Positions 1 through 9,995 are shown, counted from the first letter of the stretch. The stretch: DNA of 64,000 nucleotides from Bradymonadia bacterium (GCA_046290225.1 JBKAGE010000047.1:1-64000); one strand, 5' to 3'. Notes: generated from the letters alone by a model not told the origin. Numbers and translations: made by a program.

Positions 1-82
1 GCCGGGTATTCGCTGTACTGGGTACGGGTGGTGTTCTCAGATGCCTCGCATCAAGATCCAAAGCGACAATCCAATTGGTACA

Positions 83-326
83 GGGCACGGGCACGAGTTT
101 CCCGGATGTGGACCCGTAGCCCTGCATGACTCCGCTCGTAGGTCATGAGGGTGGAGGCTTCACTTGGCCCTGTGCTCTTCTCAGTGGACGGCTTTGAGCT
201 CCATACCTCCCAAGACCTGAAGCCTCAGGCCATTCTGAAGCGCATCAACTCAGCCTCATTAACAGCCATCGCCCTGAATTCATGCAGGGCCACGGGCCCA
301 CATCCGGGAAACTCGTGCCCGTGCCC
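83..326. repeat. 47-bp imperfect inverted repeat pair (MITE/REP-like) flanking 150 bp
   Basis: 83-129 GGGCACGGGCACGAGTTTCCCGGATGTGGACCCGTAGCCCTGCATGA is the reverse complement of 280-326 with 2 mismatches. Confidence 0.85.
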
Positions 327-344
327 GTGCCCGTGCCCGTGCCC
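315..344 (+). repeat. (GTGCCC)x5 tandem hexamer
   Basis: Read directly; extends the right arm of the inverted repeat. Confidence 0.9.
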
Positions 345-434
345 GAAAAACTCTCTCCAAATCATTTTTTGAAGTTGAACAGGCCACTCTGCCGTCACAG
401 GCAAAGCGACCGAGCAGCGACGACCGATGGCGCG

Positions 435-686
435 TCAATCGAGCTTGGTCACTGGGGGCTCTCCAGTACCAGCATCGACGAGCCCGATGGAGAGTTTGAC
501 GAAGGGCTCCGCGGTCTTGAAATGGGCCACGGCCATGGCGCGCCTCACCCCCTGCATGGCCTCCTCCAGCCCTCGACGATCGAGTTGCTGCAGACGGGCC
601 TCGCGCTCGGGGTTGGGGCCATAGATGAGGTGCTCGAATTGACTGACGAGCCGAATAAGATCCTTGCGTCGCATCATGGGTGCCAT
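435..686 (-). CDS. small hypothetical protein (~83 aa)
   Basis: C-terminal part of ORF 435..1661 (MAPMMRRKDLIRLVSQF...) lies outside the BamA-family gene and looks like a helical protein. Confidence 0.4.
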   Translation of the reverse strand: MAPMMRRKDLIRLVSQFEHLIYGPNPEREARLQQLDRRGLEEAMQGVRRAMAVAHFKTAEPFVKLSIGLVDAGTGEPPVTKLD

Positions 687-734
687 GCTACCAGATGCGC
701 CCTGAGATCGAACCAGGCTTGTGCGCACCCTTTC

Positions 735-1889
735 ATGCCCAGACTCACCTTCACCCTCTGCCTCATCTTGTCGCTGCTCTACGGCGTGCATGCACAGGCA
801 GACCCGCGCTCTCCCGAGCAACGTGACGAGCACACACCTGACGTGGACGCCGAGGGTCAGCCCATCCGCTCGGTGAAGGGCACCGTGACCCCGCAGCACG
901 AGAGCAGCTTCATCCTCTTGCCTGTTGCGGCGTACTCTCCCGAGACCAGCGTGCTGTTCTCCGCCCTGGGCATCTTCTTCTTCGACAGCGGCGCCACCCG
1001 CCCCGCCCGTGGGCACGTGGTGCTCACCTATACCCTGCGCAATCAGGCCCGCCTCGACATCGGCGGGGAGATCCCCTTTGCAGGTGATCGGTTTCAGCTT
1101 CGGGGCTTCGGCAAGGCGATCAGCTGGAACGACCGGTTCTACGGGGTGGGCAACGACGCCCCCACCGACTGGCAGAAGTTCGAGAGCGAGGAGTACGAGC
1201 TGCGGCTCGACTTCATGTCGCGCCTGTGGCTCAAGGGGCTCTACGCCGGGCTCGCCATCGAGACCTTCAAGAGCGTCATCTACGATGATCCCGACAGCCG
1301 CCTGCGCACCTCGGGGCTCATCGGCACTCAAGGGGGCGTTCGCCTCGGCGCGGGCGCCCTCATCGAGATGGACCGGCGCGAGGGCACCAGCACCCTGACG
1401 CCCACTGGGGGCTACCTGCTCACCCTCCGCTACAACGCTTTCGACAGCAAAGTGGCCGGTGATTTTACGTACAGTCGCTTCGTGATGGACGCCCGCAGCT
1501 ACCTGCCCTTGTGGGGCTGGGGCTTGCTGGCGAGCCAGCTGAGGGCCAGCTTCACCGGCGGGCAGACCCCCTTTGACGATCTGGGCCTGCTCGGGGGTGA
1601 TCAGTTCGGCCGGGGCATCTTCCGCGGCCGCTACCGCGATCGGCACTCTGTGGTCCTGCAAACAGGCTGGCGTACACCCACCTGGGGCAATTGGGGTGGC
1701 GCGGTCTTCGGCTCGGTGGGCGAGGTCTCACCCGATGTGGCCACCTTCCCCCAGCTGACGCCGAGATGGACCCTGGGCACGGGTCTGCGCTACTTCCTCG
1801 ACCTTGAGCGGGGGATCTCGATTCGGTTCGACATGGGCTTCAACGCCGACGACTTCGGTGCCTATGTGAACATCGGCGAGGCATTCTGA
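735..1889 (+). CDS. BamA/TamA (Omp85 surface antigen) family outer-membrane protein
   Basis: Signal peptide from ATG 735; RGIFRGRYRD motif; C-terminal G-x-G-L-R-Y and GEAF ending. Confidence 0.8.
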   Translation: MPRLTFTLCLILSLLYGVHAQADPRSPEQRDEHTPDVDAEGQPIRSVKGTVTPQHESSFILLPVAAYSPETSVLFSALGIFFFDSGATRPARGHVVLTYTLRNQARLDIGGEIPFAGDRFQLRGFGKAISWNDRFYGVGNDAPTDWQKFESEEYELRLDFMSRLWLKGLYAGLAIETFKSVIYDDPDSRLRTSGLIGTQGGVRLGAGALIEMDRREGTSTLTPTGGYLLTLRYNAFDSKVAGDFTYSRFVMDARSYLPLWGWGLLASQLRASFTGGQTPFDDLGLLGGDQFGRGIFRGRYRDRHSVVLQTGWRTPTWGNWGGAVFGSVGEVSPDVATFPQLTPRWTLGTGLRYFLDLERGISIRFDMGFNADDFGAYVNIGEAF

Positions 1890-1919
1890 GGCAACGAGCG
1901 ACCGTCCGCTCGGCCGATG

Positions 1920-2771
1920 TCACGGCCGGGCAGGTCGCAGGAGCGACTTCAACTTTCCGGCCTGCGGGCGCGTATTGAGATCAGGGTTCATCCCCGCTGC
2001 CAGCGCCTTCTCTGCAGACCACCAGTGCGTACCCCATGGCCGACGTTTGCCATGTGTCAAAGACATGATGCGCTCGATGAAGGTGGAACCCGCAAAAGGG
2101 TACTGACCCGTCATCCAAAAACTGATCGTGGCGCACGCCGAGAAGATGTCTGCTGCCGTCGTGGGGGCGCGACTGGGGTGGGTGATCATCTCCGGAGCGA
2201 GGTAGAGATGTTCGAAGAGGGGCAGGGCGCCGTGACAGAGCGTCTCTGCCGTGGAGATGAAGGCCTCACAGCGTGGTGCGATGCCAGAGAACACCCAGCG
2301 CTCGTGCTCGCGCCTGACGAAGACCAGCTCCGGGCGAATGCCGCCGAGCACGTAACGCTTCTTGTGGGCCGCGTACACGGTGTCCAGCAGTGCCAGGGCG
2401 AGGGTCTTCACCTCGGCGGGGCTCAGCTGGGCTTCGGTGCTGGGCACGCCGGCCGGCCGGGCCTCCACCATCATGTCGAGGGGCTCGGTCGTGCTCACGG
2501 GCGCGACATCGAGCAAGGGTGCCACCCCTTCAATGCCACGGAACGCCAGGCGTTGTTGAAGATCACTCAACGGCACAGTCTGTCGACTGGTCACGGTGGC
2601 CAGGCCCACCTGCCACGATCCCGAGAGCTCAGGGTCGAGACGGCAGAGATGACGGCTGCGCAAAAGCATGCCGCCGATGTAGGGCCCGATTTGCCACGGG
2701 CCCGCCCACTGGCCCACGGGGGGCTCACCGACGAAGTCGCCGTCTGCGAAGGTGATGTCCGATGTACTCAC
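1920..2771 (-). CDS. Ser/Thr protein kinase-like protein, degenerate catalytic motifs (pseudokinase)
   Basis: YLAPE, ADIFS and MTGQYPF motifs present; HRD replaced by LGGIRPELV and no DFG. Confidence 0.65.
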   Translation of the reverse strand: MSTSDITFADGDFVGEPPVGQWAGPWQIGPYIGGMLLRSRHLCRLDPELSGSWQVGLATVTSRQTVPLSDLQQRLAFRGIEGVAPLLDVAPVSTTEPLDMMVEARPAGVPSTEAQLSPAEVKTLALALLDTVYAAHKKRYVLGGIRPELVFVRREHERWVFSGIAPRCEAFISTAETLCHGALPLFEHLYLAPEMITHPSRAPTTAADIFSACATISFWMTGQYPFAGSTFIERIMSLTHGKRRPWGTHWWSAEKALAAGMNPDLNTRPQAGKLKSLLRPARP

Positions 2772-2844
2772 TGTAGAGATGCCTGTCGCTTTCTCGGCTC
2801 TGGGTGCATCACAGCCCCCGCATCAGTTCTTGCCCCACACAGCT

Positions 2845-3258
2845 CTACCCAAAATCTATGGGCTGATCCGCCGCCTGGGCCTCTCGGAGAAACATCACCG
2901 CCCCATGGAAGTGCGCCAGGGCGTTGGCCAGCGAAGGCCCCTCGGGGGTCTCGTGCACGAGCTCTGGTGCTCGGGTGACGAAGTCGAGGGCCGCAGGTGT
3001 GAGCCGCCAATGCTCGTCGATGAGCGGCGCCAGGGCGTGCCAGACCGACTGCATGTGGGTCAGCAGCTCGTCGATTTGCCAGATCTCGAGGTGGTGGCCG
3101 CCATGAGGCATCTGACTCTCTTCGCCGACAATGAGGGCGATGAGATCTTCCTCGGGCCGCTCGAGCAGCTGCGCCACCCGGATCGCCACCCCAAGACCAC
3201 TCTCACCCTGCTCGAGACGTTCGCCGGTGTCTTGTCGTACGAAGGCCACGTCACTCAC
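2845..3258 (-). CDS. putative immunity protein (137 aa)
   Basis: Small acidic ORF whose start overlaps the stop of the upstream toxin-like gene. Confidence 0.55.
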   Translation of the reverse strand: MSDVAFVRQDTGERLEQGESGLGVAIRVAQLLERPEEDLIALIVGEESQMPHGGHHLEIWQIDELLTHMQSVWHALAPLIDEHWRLTPAALDFVTRAPELVHETPEGPSLANALAHFHGAVMFLREAQAADQPIDFG

Positions 3259-6200
3259 CCCCGCCGTTGAAGGCTCGGATGATGAAGGTGGCCATCTCGT
3301 TGAGCTGGTTGGTGGTGAACTCGATGCGGCTGTCGAAGCCCTCGGTGCCTGCAGGGCCTGTGGTCCGGGTGGCCACGCCCTCGACGCCGCCGAGATCGAA
3401 GTACGGCGTCATGTCGCGGCCCACGGTGTGCTTGCCCTCCATCTGGAAGATGCGCAGGCTGGCGTCGCCCTGAGCCACGGCTCTCAAGGCCTCGATGAGG
3501 CCGGTGAGCTGCTGCTGCGCCCCGCTGGCGCTGTCGTTCCGGCCCGACTTCACCTCTTCGAGCTCGGTGATGCGCAGCCGGCCCTCCGGGGTCTGACGCA
3601 CGGTCATCAGATCGGCCTCTGCCATGCTGTCCCAGAGCTTGCCCTCGTGCTCGAAGTAGCGGGCGGGGTTCTGCCCAGGATGATCGGCGGCCCACTCCTG
3701 TACAGTGCGGTAACCCGGGACCTCTCGGGCCACTTTCACGTTGGCGATGACCGAGGCCTCCGCAGTGCCCGCCACTCGACTGCGGGCGGCGCCCTCGGCG
3801 AGGGTCTCGGCGATGATGCCCCGGACCTCGGGCTGGGGCTGGCGACCCTGGATCGCCGTCCGCACGCCGGGCTGGTCGAGGAAGCCCTCGTCGATGAGGC
3901 GCTGACCCTCGGCCTGTACCCGAGCAGAGGCCGCTTCTGCCTGAGCTGCCCGGGCCCCACGGGCTTCGAGGATCCGCGCCACATCCTGGCCCCGGCCTTC
4001 AATGGCCAGGAGTCGATCGAGCACGCTCTGTGGTGCCTCGTCTGGTCGGGCGAAGGCATCCAGGCCTCTGCGTCCGTTCTCCGAAAGCACAGAGCGGAGC
4101 ATGGCGAGGGCTTCTTCGGGGGTCGTGGAGCTGTCGATGGCCTCGCGCACGATCTGCCCTGCCCGGGTCTGACCACCACCCTCGGGGGTGCGCTCTGGCG
4201 CCCGCTCGCTCACCCCAGGCTCACTCCGCCCGGAGGTGCCCTCGGTGAGCCTGAGCAGGCTCTCGGTGGAGATCATGTCACCGATGTAGGGGTTGTTGGC
4301 CCCCTGAACCTGACCCTGCCACATGACCTCGCCGGCGCCGTTGCGCACGACGAGGTTGGCCTCGTACACGGGGATCTCCCCCATGCTGCCTGCACGGGTG
4401 GCGCTCACGATCTCGATGGTGATGGGGGCCTGACCGCTGGTGCCTGGCGCCGGGCTGCCCACCCGACCAGGGGCCACCTCGACATATGGGGTCTGGACGA
4501 TGTGGCCCCGGATGCCGTTCCGGGCCATGAAGCCGAGATCGCTCGCCGAGGGCATGAACTGCACCTGGTTGGCCATGCCCCCAGCCTCTGCCTCACCACG
4601 GACCATGGCCTCGATGGGGAAACCCTCGGAGCTCTCGCCCTGGAAGGGGCGGTAGGGGTGAGAGTGAGCCCGGGCCTCGACGCCGGGGAAGTCGGCCCAG
4701 TTCACGTGGCCCGAGCGCCCCCGGATGATGAGGAAGCGGCCATCGGGGGTGCGGCCGAGGCCCCACTCGGTGCTGGTGGTGTTGAAGTTCTCGGGCACAT
4801 TGCGCACGCCGAGCTCAGTGAGCGCTGACCGCTCACCGGCGGCGAGGCGCTGAATCAACGCCAGGCCTTCCTGCTCGCTGGTGAGGTGACGCCCCACCAC
4901 CACCTGTCGTGCCCCGCTGGCCACCTCGGCACCGTCCTGAGTGGGGCGCACAGCCTCTTCTCTGAAAGCGGGCTCTTCGCCGCGGCCTTCTTCTCGGGCG
5001 CGGCCCTCTTCTCGAGGCTGACCCTCTTCTCTGGCCCGGCCTTCGCCTTCTCTGGCTGTGCCCTCGCCCTCTCGTGCGGTGCCCTCGCCTTCTCGCGCCC
5101 GACCCTCTCTCATACGGCCATAGGCGTCTCGGGGAGTCGGCAACGGGCCTTCGCCCTGCTGCACGTTGGTGACGCGCTCCCCGAGCCAGTTGCGGAAGTT
5201 GCCTTCGCCGGCCCCCTCCACCATTCGGGTGCCGCCCATGCGGCCCATGACCCAGCCGATGCCCCGCGCTGCGGCGAGCATGACGATGGCCTCGATGAGC
5301 ACGCCGATGAGGGTGCCCACGGCGTTGGCGAGCTCACGGCCAGCCTGATCGAGGACCTGACGGTCACCCCGAGCGCTGAAGACAGTGCCGATGAAGGTGG
5401 CAAAGGCGCCGCCGATGCGCACGGCTGCGTCGACGATGAACGCCACAAGGAAGGCCAGGCCCAACCACTCGATGAGGGCGATGCCGACCTCGAAGCCCGC
5501 TGCAGCGCCTGGGGCCGCGCCGGCCCCCGCCCCGGCGATGGCGCCGATGGCCGCGCCGACGGCAGTGCTCAGCGCCAGGACCAGCGCCGCGCCGACCAGC
5601 AACATGGCCAACGAGACCAGAGCGTTGATGATCGCGTCTACGGAGTGCTGGGCGATGGCCTCGAGCATGTACTGACCCGACAGCTCGATGGCGGTGCCGA
5701 AGTCATCCCAGATCTCGCCCGCCCGCTCGATGGTGTCGGCGAGGCCCACAGCGTCGGCGGCGTTGTAGCTCCACGAGCCGGAGTTCACCACCCCCTGCAG
5801 GCTGCGGGCGAACTCCACCGAGGGGATCCAGATGAACTGGTTGGCCTGGAACTGCACCTGCCGCCAGCCATCGGTCTCGTTGGGGATCTCGATGCTGTTG
5901 GCGTAGGCCAACACGTTCACATAGAAGCGGAGATCCTGCCCCCAGTCGTCGGCGCCATCTTGATAGTACTGCTCGGCGATGGCGATGGCCGTGCCCGGCA
6001 CACCTGCCTGCACACGATGCAGCTGTGCGTTGGGCTCCGGCAGATTCTCGTACCAGATGTAGGGCGTCGCCACATAGCCCGTCTCCCCCTCTGCCGTAGA
6101 GATGAAGAGCCAGCCGCTGGCGAAGGATTTGATGACCGTGACCCGGGTGTTGAACTCGAGCTCGCGCACCACATTGTCGCTGCTCGTGTCCGGCTCGGAG

Positions 6201-6898
6201 CGCATACGCAGCTGGGGGCTGCTGTCGCGGTTCACGATGCCCGGCCGCCCCACTTCGGTGCCGCCTTCGGGGATCCCGCCAGGGGTGCTCTCTGCATCAG
6301 CACCGGGGGTGCGTCGCTCAGCATCGGGGCCATCGAGCTGCAGACCACGCCAGGCATCGCCCATCTGATCGAGGGCGTCAGGACCGAGGATCTGCTCGAT
6401 GAGGGCCTCGGCGTTGCCACCTTCGACGACAGCCTGAGCCACCCGCTCTGCCTGGGCTTCGAATGTGTCGGCTCGCTGACCACGGCCGCTCTCCGGGCCG
6501 ACGCCCGAGCGCTGAAACAGCGCGTGCAGGGCCTCGTGCACCGCGGTGCGCAAGTCAGGGGTGCCGTTGAAGACCGCCATGCCTGCAGAGGCGAAGGCGT
6601 TGGCCTGCAAACGCTGGCACGCCATGGTGGCCGCGGGGCCCACGAAGGACTCGATCTCACGGACGTCGAACTTGCCGAAGGCCTCTTGGATCAGATCGAC
6701 GAAGGGCAAGCTGCGACCGTTCCCTCGAGTAGCGGCATCAGCGACATCTTGCTCACCGGCCCGACCGGGGGGCAGCGCGGCAGACTGACCTACAGCAGAG
6801 GCCCCGATGGGGTCTTGCTCGGGGCCCACCTCTGCAGGGGACTTCGGCTCCTGAAAATCCAGGGGGATCCGCGCCAGATCTTGGGCCCAATCCTTCAC
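3251..6898 (-). CDS. DUF4157 (eCIS core)-SH3-TM polymorphic toxin with JAB/MPN-like and C-terminal PD-(D/E)xK-like domains
   Basis: GRSLP...ANAFA...HEALHALFQ...FEAQAERVA (DUF4157); LRMRSEP...GW...GETGYV (SH3); hydrophobic helices; EWG...HSHP...PSASD; GIIAE...ADL...EEVKSG. Confidence 0.75.
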   Translation of the reverse strand: MKDWAQDLARIPLDFQEPKSPAEVGPEQDPIGASAVGQSAALPPGRAGEQDVADAATRGNGRSLPFVDLIQEAFGKFDVREIESFVGPAATMACQRLQANAFASAGMAVFNGTPDLRTAVHEALHALFQRSGVGPESGRGQRADTFEAQAERVAQAVVEGGNAEALIEQILGPDALDQMGDAWRGLQLDGPDAERRTPGADAESTPGGIPEGGTEVGRPGIVNRDSSPQLRMRSEPDTSSDNVVRELEFNTRVTVIKSFASGWLFISTAEGETGYVATPYIWYENLPEPNAQLHRVQAGVPGTAIAIAEQYYQDGADDWGQDLRFYVNVLAYANSIEIPNETDGWRQVQFQANQFIWIPSVEFARSLQGVVNSGSWSYNAADAVGLADTIERAGEIWDDFGTAIELSGQYMLEAIAQHSVDAIINALVSLAMLLVGAALVLALSTAVGAAIGAIAGAGAGAAPGAAAGFEVGIALIEWLGLAFLVAFIVDAAVRIGGAFATFIGTVFSARGDRQVLDQAGRELANAVGTLIGVLIEAIVMLAAARGIGWVMGRMGGTRMVEGAGEGNFRNWLGERVTNVQQGEGPLPTPRDAYGRMREGRAREGEGTAREGEGTAREGEGRAREEGQPREEGRAREEGRGEEPAFREEAVRPTQDGAEVASGARQVVVGRHLTSEQEGLALIQRLAAGERSALTELGVRNVPENFNTTSTEWGLGRTPDGRFLIIRGRSGHVNWADFPGVEARAHSHPYRPFQGESSEGFPIEAMVRGEAEAGGMANQVQFMPSASDLGFMARNGIRGHIVQTPYVEVAPGRVGSPAPGTSGQAPITIEIVSATRAGSMGEIPVYEANLVVRNGAGEVMWQGQVQGANNPYIGDMISTESLLRLTEGTSGRSEPGVSERAPERTPEGGGQTRAGQIVREAIDSSTTPEEALAMLRSVLSENGRRGLDAFARPDEAPQSVLDRLLAIEGRGQDVARILEARGARAAQAEAASARVQAEGQRLIDEGFLDQPGVRTAIQGRQPQPEVRGIIAETLAEGAARSRVAGTAEASVIANVKVAREVPGYRTVQEWAADHPGQNPARYFEHEGKLWDSMAEADLMTVRQTPEGRLRITELEEVKSGRNDSASGAQQQLTGLIEALRAVAQGDASLRIFQMEGKHTVGRDMTPYFDLGGVEGVATRTTGPAGTEGFDSRIEFTTNQLNEMATFIIRAFNGGGE

Positions 6899-7008
6899 TC
6901 AACCACTCCACCTCGCTCGAAGGTGGCATCGTAGCGTCTCAGTGGAGGCTTTGCATGTCGTCAGCGGGGAGTATTTTGATTTCGGCAGGTTGGAGAGAGA
7001 GGCAGGGC

Positions 7009-8253
7009 TCAGAAGGAGAGGCTGGTCGTCACGAAGAGCATGTGCTCGGTGTCGGGATCCTGGGCGCCTCGCAGGCCGTCCTCGGGCAACATGATGCCGT
7101 AGACCGTGCGCATCATCAGGCCAGGGGCCACGATCCACTTCAACGCGGCGTTGATCTCGGTGCCCAGGGCAGTGTCGCCGTTGGGGTTCTCTTCCATGGT
7201 GGAGAAGTTGTGCACGTCGACATAGAGCCACCAGGGCTTCGCCGCCCTCAGCATGAGCCGACCGCCGACATCTACGAGACCGAGATTTTGAGTGTGTCTG
7301 GGGATGTTCAGGAAGAAGTCCATCTCCCCATAGAACTTGTGGTTGGTGGCGTAGAGCGTGTCGAAGGCGCCGGTGGCCTCGCCATCGCCGGAGACCGCCT
7401 CGTACCAGACCGTGATGCCCGGCTTGTACTTCATGTCGAGGGTGTAGCCCACCCGCGCAGCGGCGAGCCAGGCAGAGATGTCCTCCTCACCGAGGGTGCC
7501 CATCTGTGTGTAGGCGTCGAGCTGATAGCTCAGCCCTGAGGCAGAGCCTTTGGCGAAGATGCCTGCGGTGTGTCGAGTCTCGTCCGCGGCGCCTCCAGTG
7601 CGCCGGCTCAAGAACATCGCCGAGCCCGAGAACGCCTTGCCTCCCGGGTAGTGGGCATGCAGACCCAACAACTGCGCTGGGGGCTGAGTGCCATCTGCAG
7701 AGCCATCTGGATCAACATCATCTTCACTGATCACGAAGCCCAAGGCGGTGAGCTTCACTGGCCCTGCCTTGCCGCGGACTGTGGCCCCGCTGAATGAGAA
7801 CCCTCGCTGAGCCCAAACCAGGTTCCCAATCAGACGGTGATCATCGAGGACGAGCTCCTGGCGACCGAGGCGGATGCTGAAGTCTTCGGGCAAGGCGATC
7901 TCGGCATAGGCTTGATGGGCGCCGAAGCCCTGAGCGCGGAAGTTCGCCGGGCCATTCTCTTCGCCCCACTGACGCACATCTTGAAGCTGTACGAACACCC
8001 GGTGCCCGCGATTGTGCTGCGCCGAGAGGGAGAGCTGCGCCCGTTGAGTCACGTACTCCCGCTCGACAAAGTCCCCTTCGACGAGATCTCGGCCGCTGTC
8101 GATGAACAGACGTGGCCTGACCAGAGCACCCGCAGAGACCTTCCAACCATTGGTGCCTCCGATGGGCACCTCGGCACTGGCTTCGGTACACAAGAGCGAG
8201 GCTGCGACCGCAGCACAATACACAGGTAGATGGCGCACGAAGACTGCCCTCAC
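7009..8253 (-). CDS. alginate export (AlgE-like) family outer-membrane porin
   Basis: Signal peptide; QLQDVRQWG, HQAY, RLGRQEL..DDHRLIG, FDTLYATNHKFYG motifs. Confidence 0.8.
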   Translation of the reverse strand: MRAVFVRHLPVYCAAVAASLLCTEASAEVPIGGTNGWKVSAGALVRPRLFIDSGRDLVEGDFVEREYVTQRAQLSLSAQHNRGHRVFVQLQDVRQWGEENGPANFRAQGFGAHQAYAEIALPEDFSIRLGRQELVLDDHRLIGNLVWAQRGFSFSGATVRGKAGPVKLTALGFVISEDDVDPDGSADGTQPPAQLLGLHAHYPGGKAFSGSAMFLSRRTGGAADETRHTAGIFAKGSASGLSYQLDAYTQMGTLGEEDISAWLAAARVGYTLDMKYKPGITVWYEAVSGDGEATGAFDTLYATNHKFYGEMDFFLNIPRHTQNLGLVDVGGRLMLRAAKPWWLYVDVHNFSTMEENPNGDTALGTEINAALKWIVAPGLMMRTVYGIMLPEDGLRGAQDPDTEHMLFVTTSLSF

Positions 8254-8332
8254 TTCGATGGTGGTGTCCGTGTCATCGGCACACCATTGCCCCAGGATGA
8301 GACAATCGAATGAGCGGCCGTCCTACCGCGGC

Positions 8333-9166
8333 TCAGGTGAAGCGCTGCTCGAAGGGTGAAATGATTTCATGGCCCCAATCGAGCACGGCGAAGCACACGT
8401 GCTCGAACCAGCCCTGCAGTGGCCCATGCAATACATCTGCAAAACACCGCGCGATCATCTCGGGCGAGTTGCGGAAGGCCCCACACCCCCAGGCACCGAG
8501 CACAATATCACTGTGACCATGATGGGCGGCGATGCGCAGCACCTTCTCGACACGTTCGGCCATGGCCGTCTCGATGACCGCATCAGAGACGCGCTTGCGC
8601 GCCGCGCCAGCATTCACCGCAGGGGCGGTCACACATGCACAGAGGTAGGGCTCGGCCAACAAGGCGCCTCGATCAGCGCGAAAGACCGGCACGCTGGGGC
8701 TATAGATGGCGTAGTCGGTGTACATCGGATCGCGCTGAGCCCGGTGGTGGGCGTACATGGGCTGACCCTTGAGGCAGGCATAGAGGCCCGAGCACGCAGC
8801 CAGTGATTCCTCCTGGGCAATGGCGCCATTGAGGAACCCCCCACCGGGGCTCTTCGCCGAGGCGAAGTTCAGCATCAGCGGCGGTGGCGCGCCACGGGCC
8901 TGTGCGGCCCGCGCCAGAGGCTCGGCGGCGTCGAGGGTGGTGGTGTTCTCCACAGTAAAGCACGTGCTCCGGCTCGGTGACTCGTCGAGCGCTGGACGCA
9001 CCCCCGGTGGATACTCCGTGGTACCCGCCACAGCCGAGACCAGGAGCGCTTCGAGCTCCACGACGCCGTCAGGGCCGTGATAGCACCCGGCCTCGAGGAT
9101 CTTCACAGTCTCCTGGGACATGCGTGCCCGTGCCCTGCGGCTGGGACGCTCGGTGTCGTGCTTCAC
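8333..9166 (-). CDS. TIGR02452 family protein (bacterial PARG-like macrodomain), copy 3
   Basis: NFASAKSPGGGFLNGAIAQEESL; LGAWGCGAF; overlaps the stop of copy 2. Confidence 0.9.
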   Translation of the reverse strand: MKHDTERPSRRARARMSQETVKILEAGCYHGPDGVVELEALLVSAVAGTTEYPPGVRPALDESPSRSTCFTVENTTTLDAAEPLARAAQARGAPPPLMLNFASAKSPGGGFLNGAIAQEESLAACSGLYACLKGQPMYAHHRAQRDPMYTDYAIYSPSVPVFRADRGALLAEPYLCACVTAPAVNAGAARKRVSDAVIETAMAERVEKVLRIAAHHGHSDIVLGAWGCGAFRNSPEMIARCFADVLHGPLQGWFEHVCFAVLDWGHEIISPFEQRFT

Positions 9167-9981
9167 TGAAGCCTCGCCTCGAAGGCGTTGATGATGGGTC
9201 CGCCGTCACGGTCGAGGACCGCAAAACACACCCGCTCGAAGACGCCGGCGAAGTCACCACGGAGGGCCTCGGCGAAGAGATCAGCGATGAGCTTCGGATC
9301 ATTGCGGAACACGCCACAGCCCCAGGCGCCAAGCACGATGTCGCGGTGGCCATGATGCGCAGCGATGCCCAGCACCTTGGCCACCCGACGCCGCATGGCC
9401 GCCTCGATCTCCACCGGACCTGCACCACGACGGTTCCGCACCGAGCCCGCGTTCACCGCCGGAGCTGTGATGAAAGCGCACCGATATGGCGCATCGAGCA
9501 GGGTGCCGTCATCAGTGCGAAAAACCGGCACGCTGGGGCTATAAATGGCGTAGTCGGTGTACATCGGGTTCTTGAGGTGCCGATGGTGGGCGTACATCGG
9601 CCGACCGTTGAGGCAGGCATACAGCCCTGAGCACATGGCCAGCGACTCTTCTTGAGCCAGCGAGCCGTTGAGGAACCCCCCACCGGGGTTCTTCGCCGAG
9701 GCGAAGTTCAGCGCCACGGGATCTGACTCAGCGCCTTCAGCCATACGACGGGCCGCCTCGAGCGTGGTGCAGTTCTCCACAGTGACGACGGTGTCGAAAC
9801 GTAGCTCTGGTACAGGTGGATTGCGATCAGGTGGCCACTCTTCTGTGTGCTCGATGGCTGATTGCATGGCTTCATCGAGAGTGACCTTGTGGCCCTCAGC
9901 GTTTTGATAGTGACCCTCACGGATGATCTCCAGGGTCTCGCGGGCGAGGGTGGCGCGGCCTTTTCGGTTGGGACGGTTCAT
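9163..9981 (-). CDS. TIGR02452 family protein (bacterial PARG-like), copy 2
   Basis: NFASAKNPGGGFLNGSLAQEESL; LGAWGCGVFRND. Confidence 0.9.
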   Translation of the reverse strand: MNRPNRKGRATLARETLEIIREGHYQNAEGHKVTLDEAMQSAIEHTEEWPPDRNPPVPELRFDTVVTVENCTTLEAARRMAEGAESDPVALNFASAKNPGGGFLNGSLAQEESLAMCSGLYACLNGRPMYAHHRHLKNPMYTDYAIYSPSVPVFRTDDGTLLDAPYRCAFITAPAVNAGSVRNRRGAGPVEIEAAMRRRVAKVLGIAAHHGHRDIVLGAWGCGVFRNDPKLIADLFAEALRGDFAGVFERVCFAVLDRDGGPIINAFEARLQ

Positions 9982-9995
9982 GACAACTCTCCTGT

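Noticed and set aside
145..372. 75-aa ORF with a CPCPCPCPC tail, and the 282 start for the BamA-family ORF
   Set aside because: Both arise from the GTGCCC hexamer repeat; the signal peptide supports a start at 735
3131..6934. Long plus-strand ORFs 3131..4828 and 4886..6934, and similar ones opposite ffh, the S8 peptidase and the kinase
   Set aside because: Antisense shadow ORFs typical of high-GC DNA, opposite genes with clear motifs
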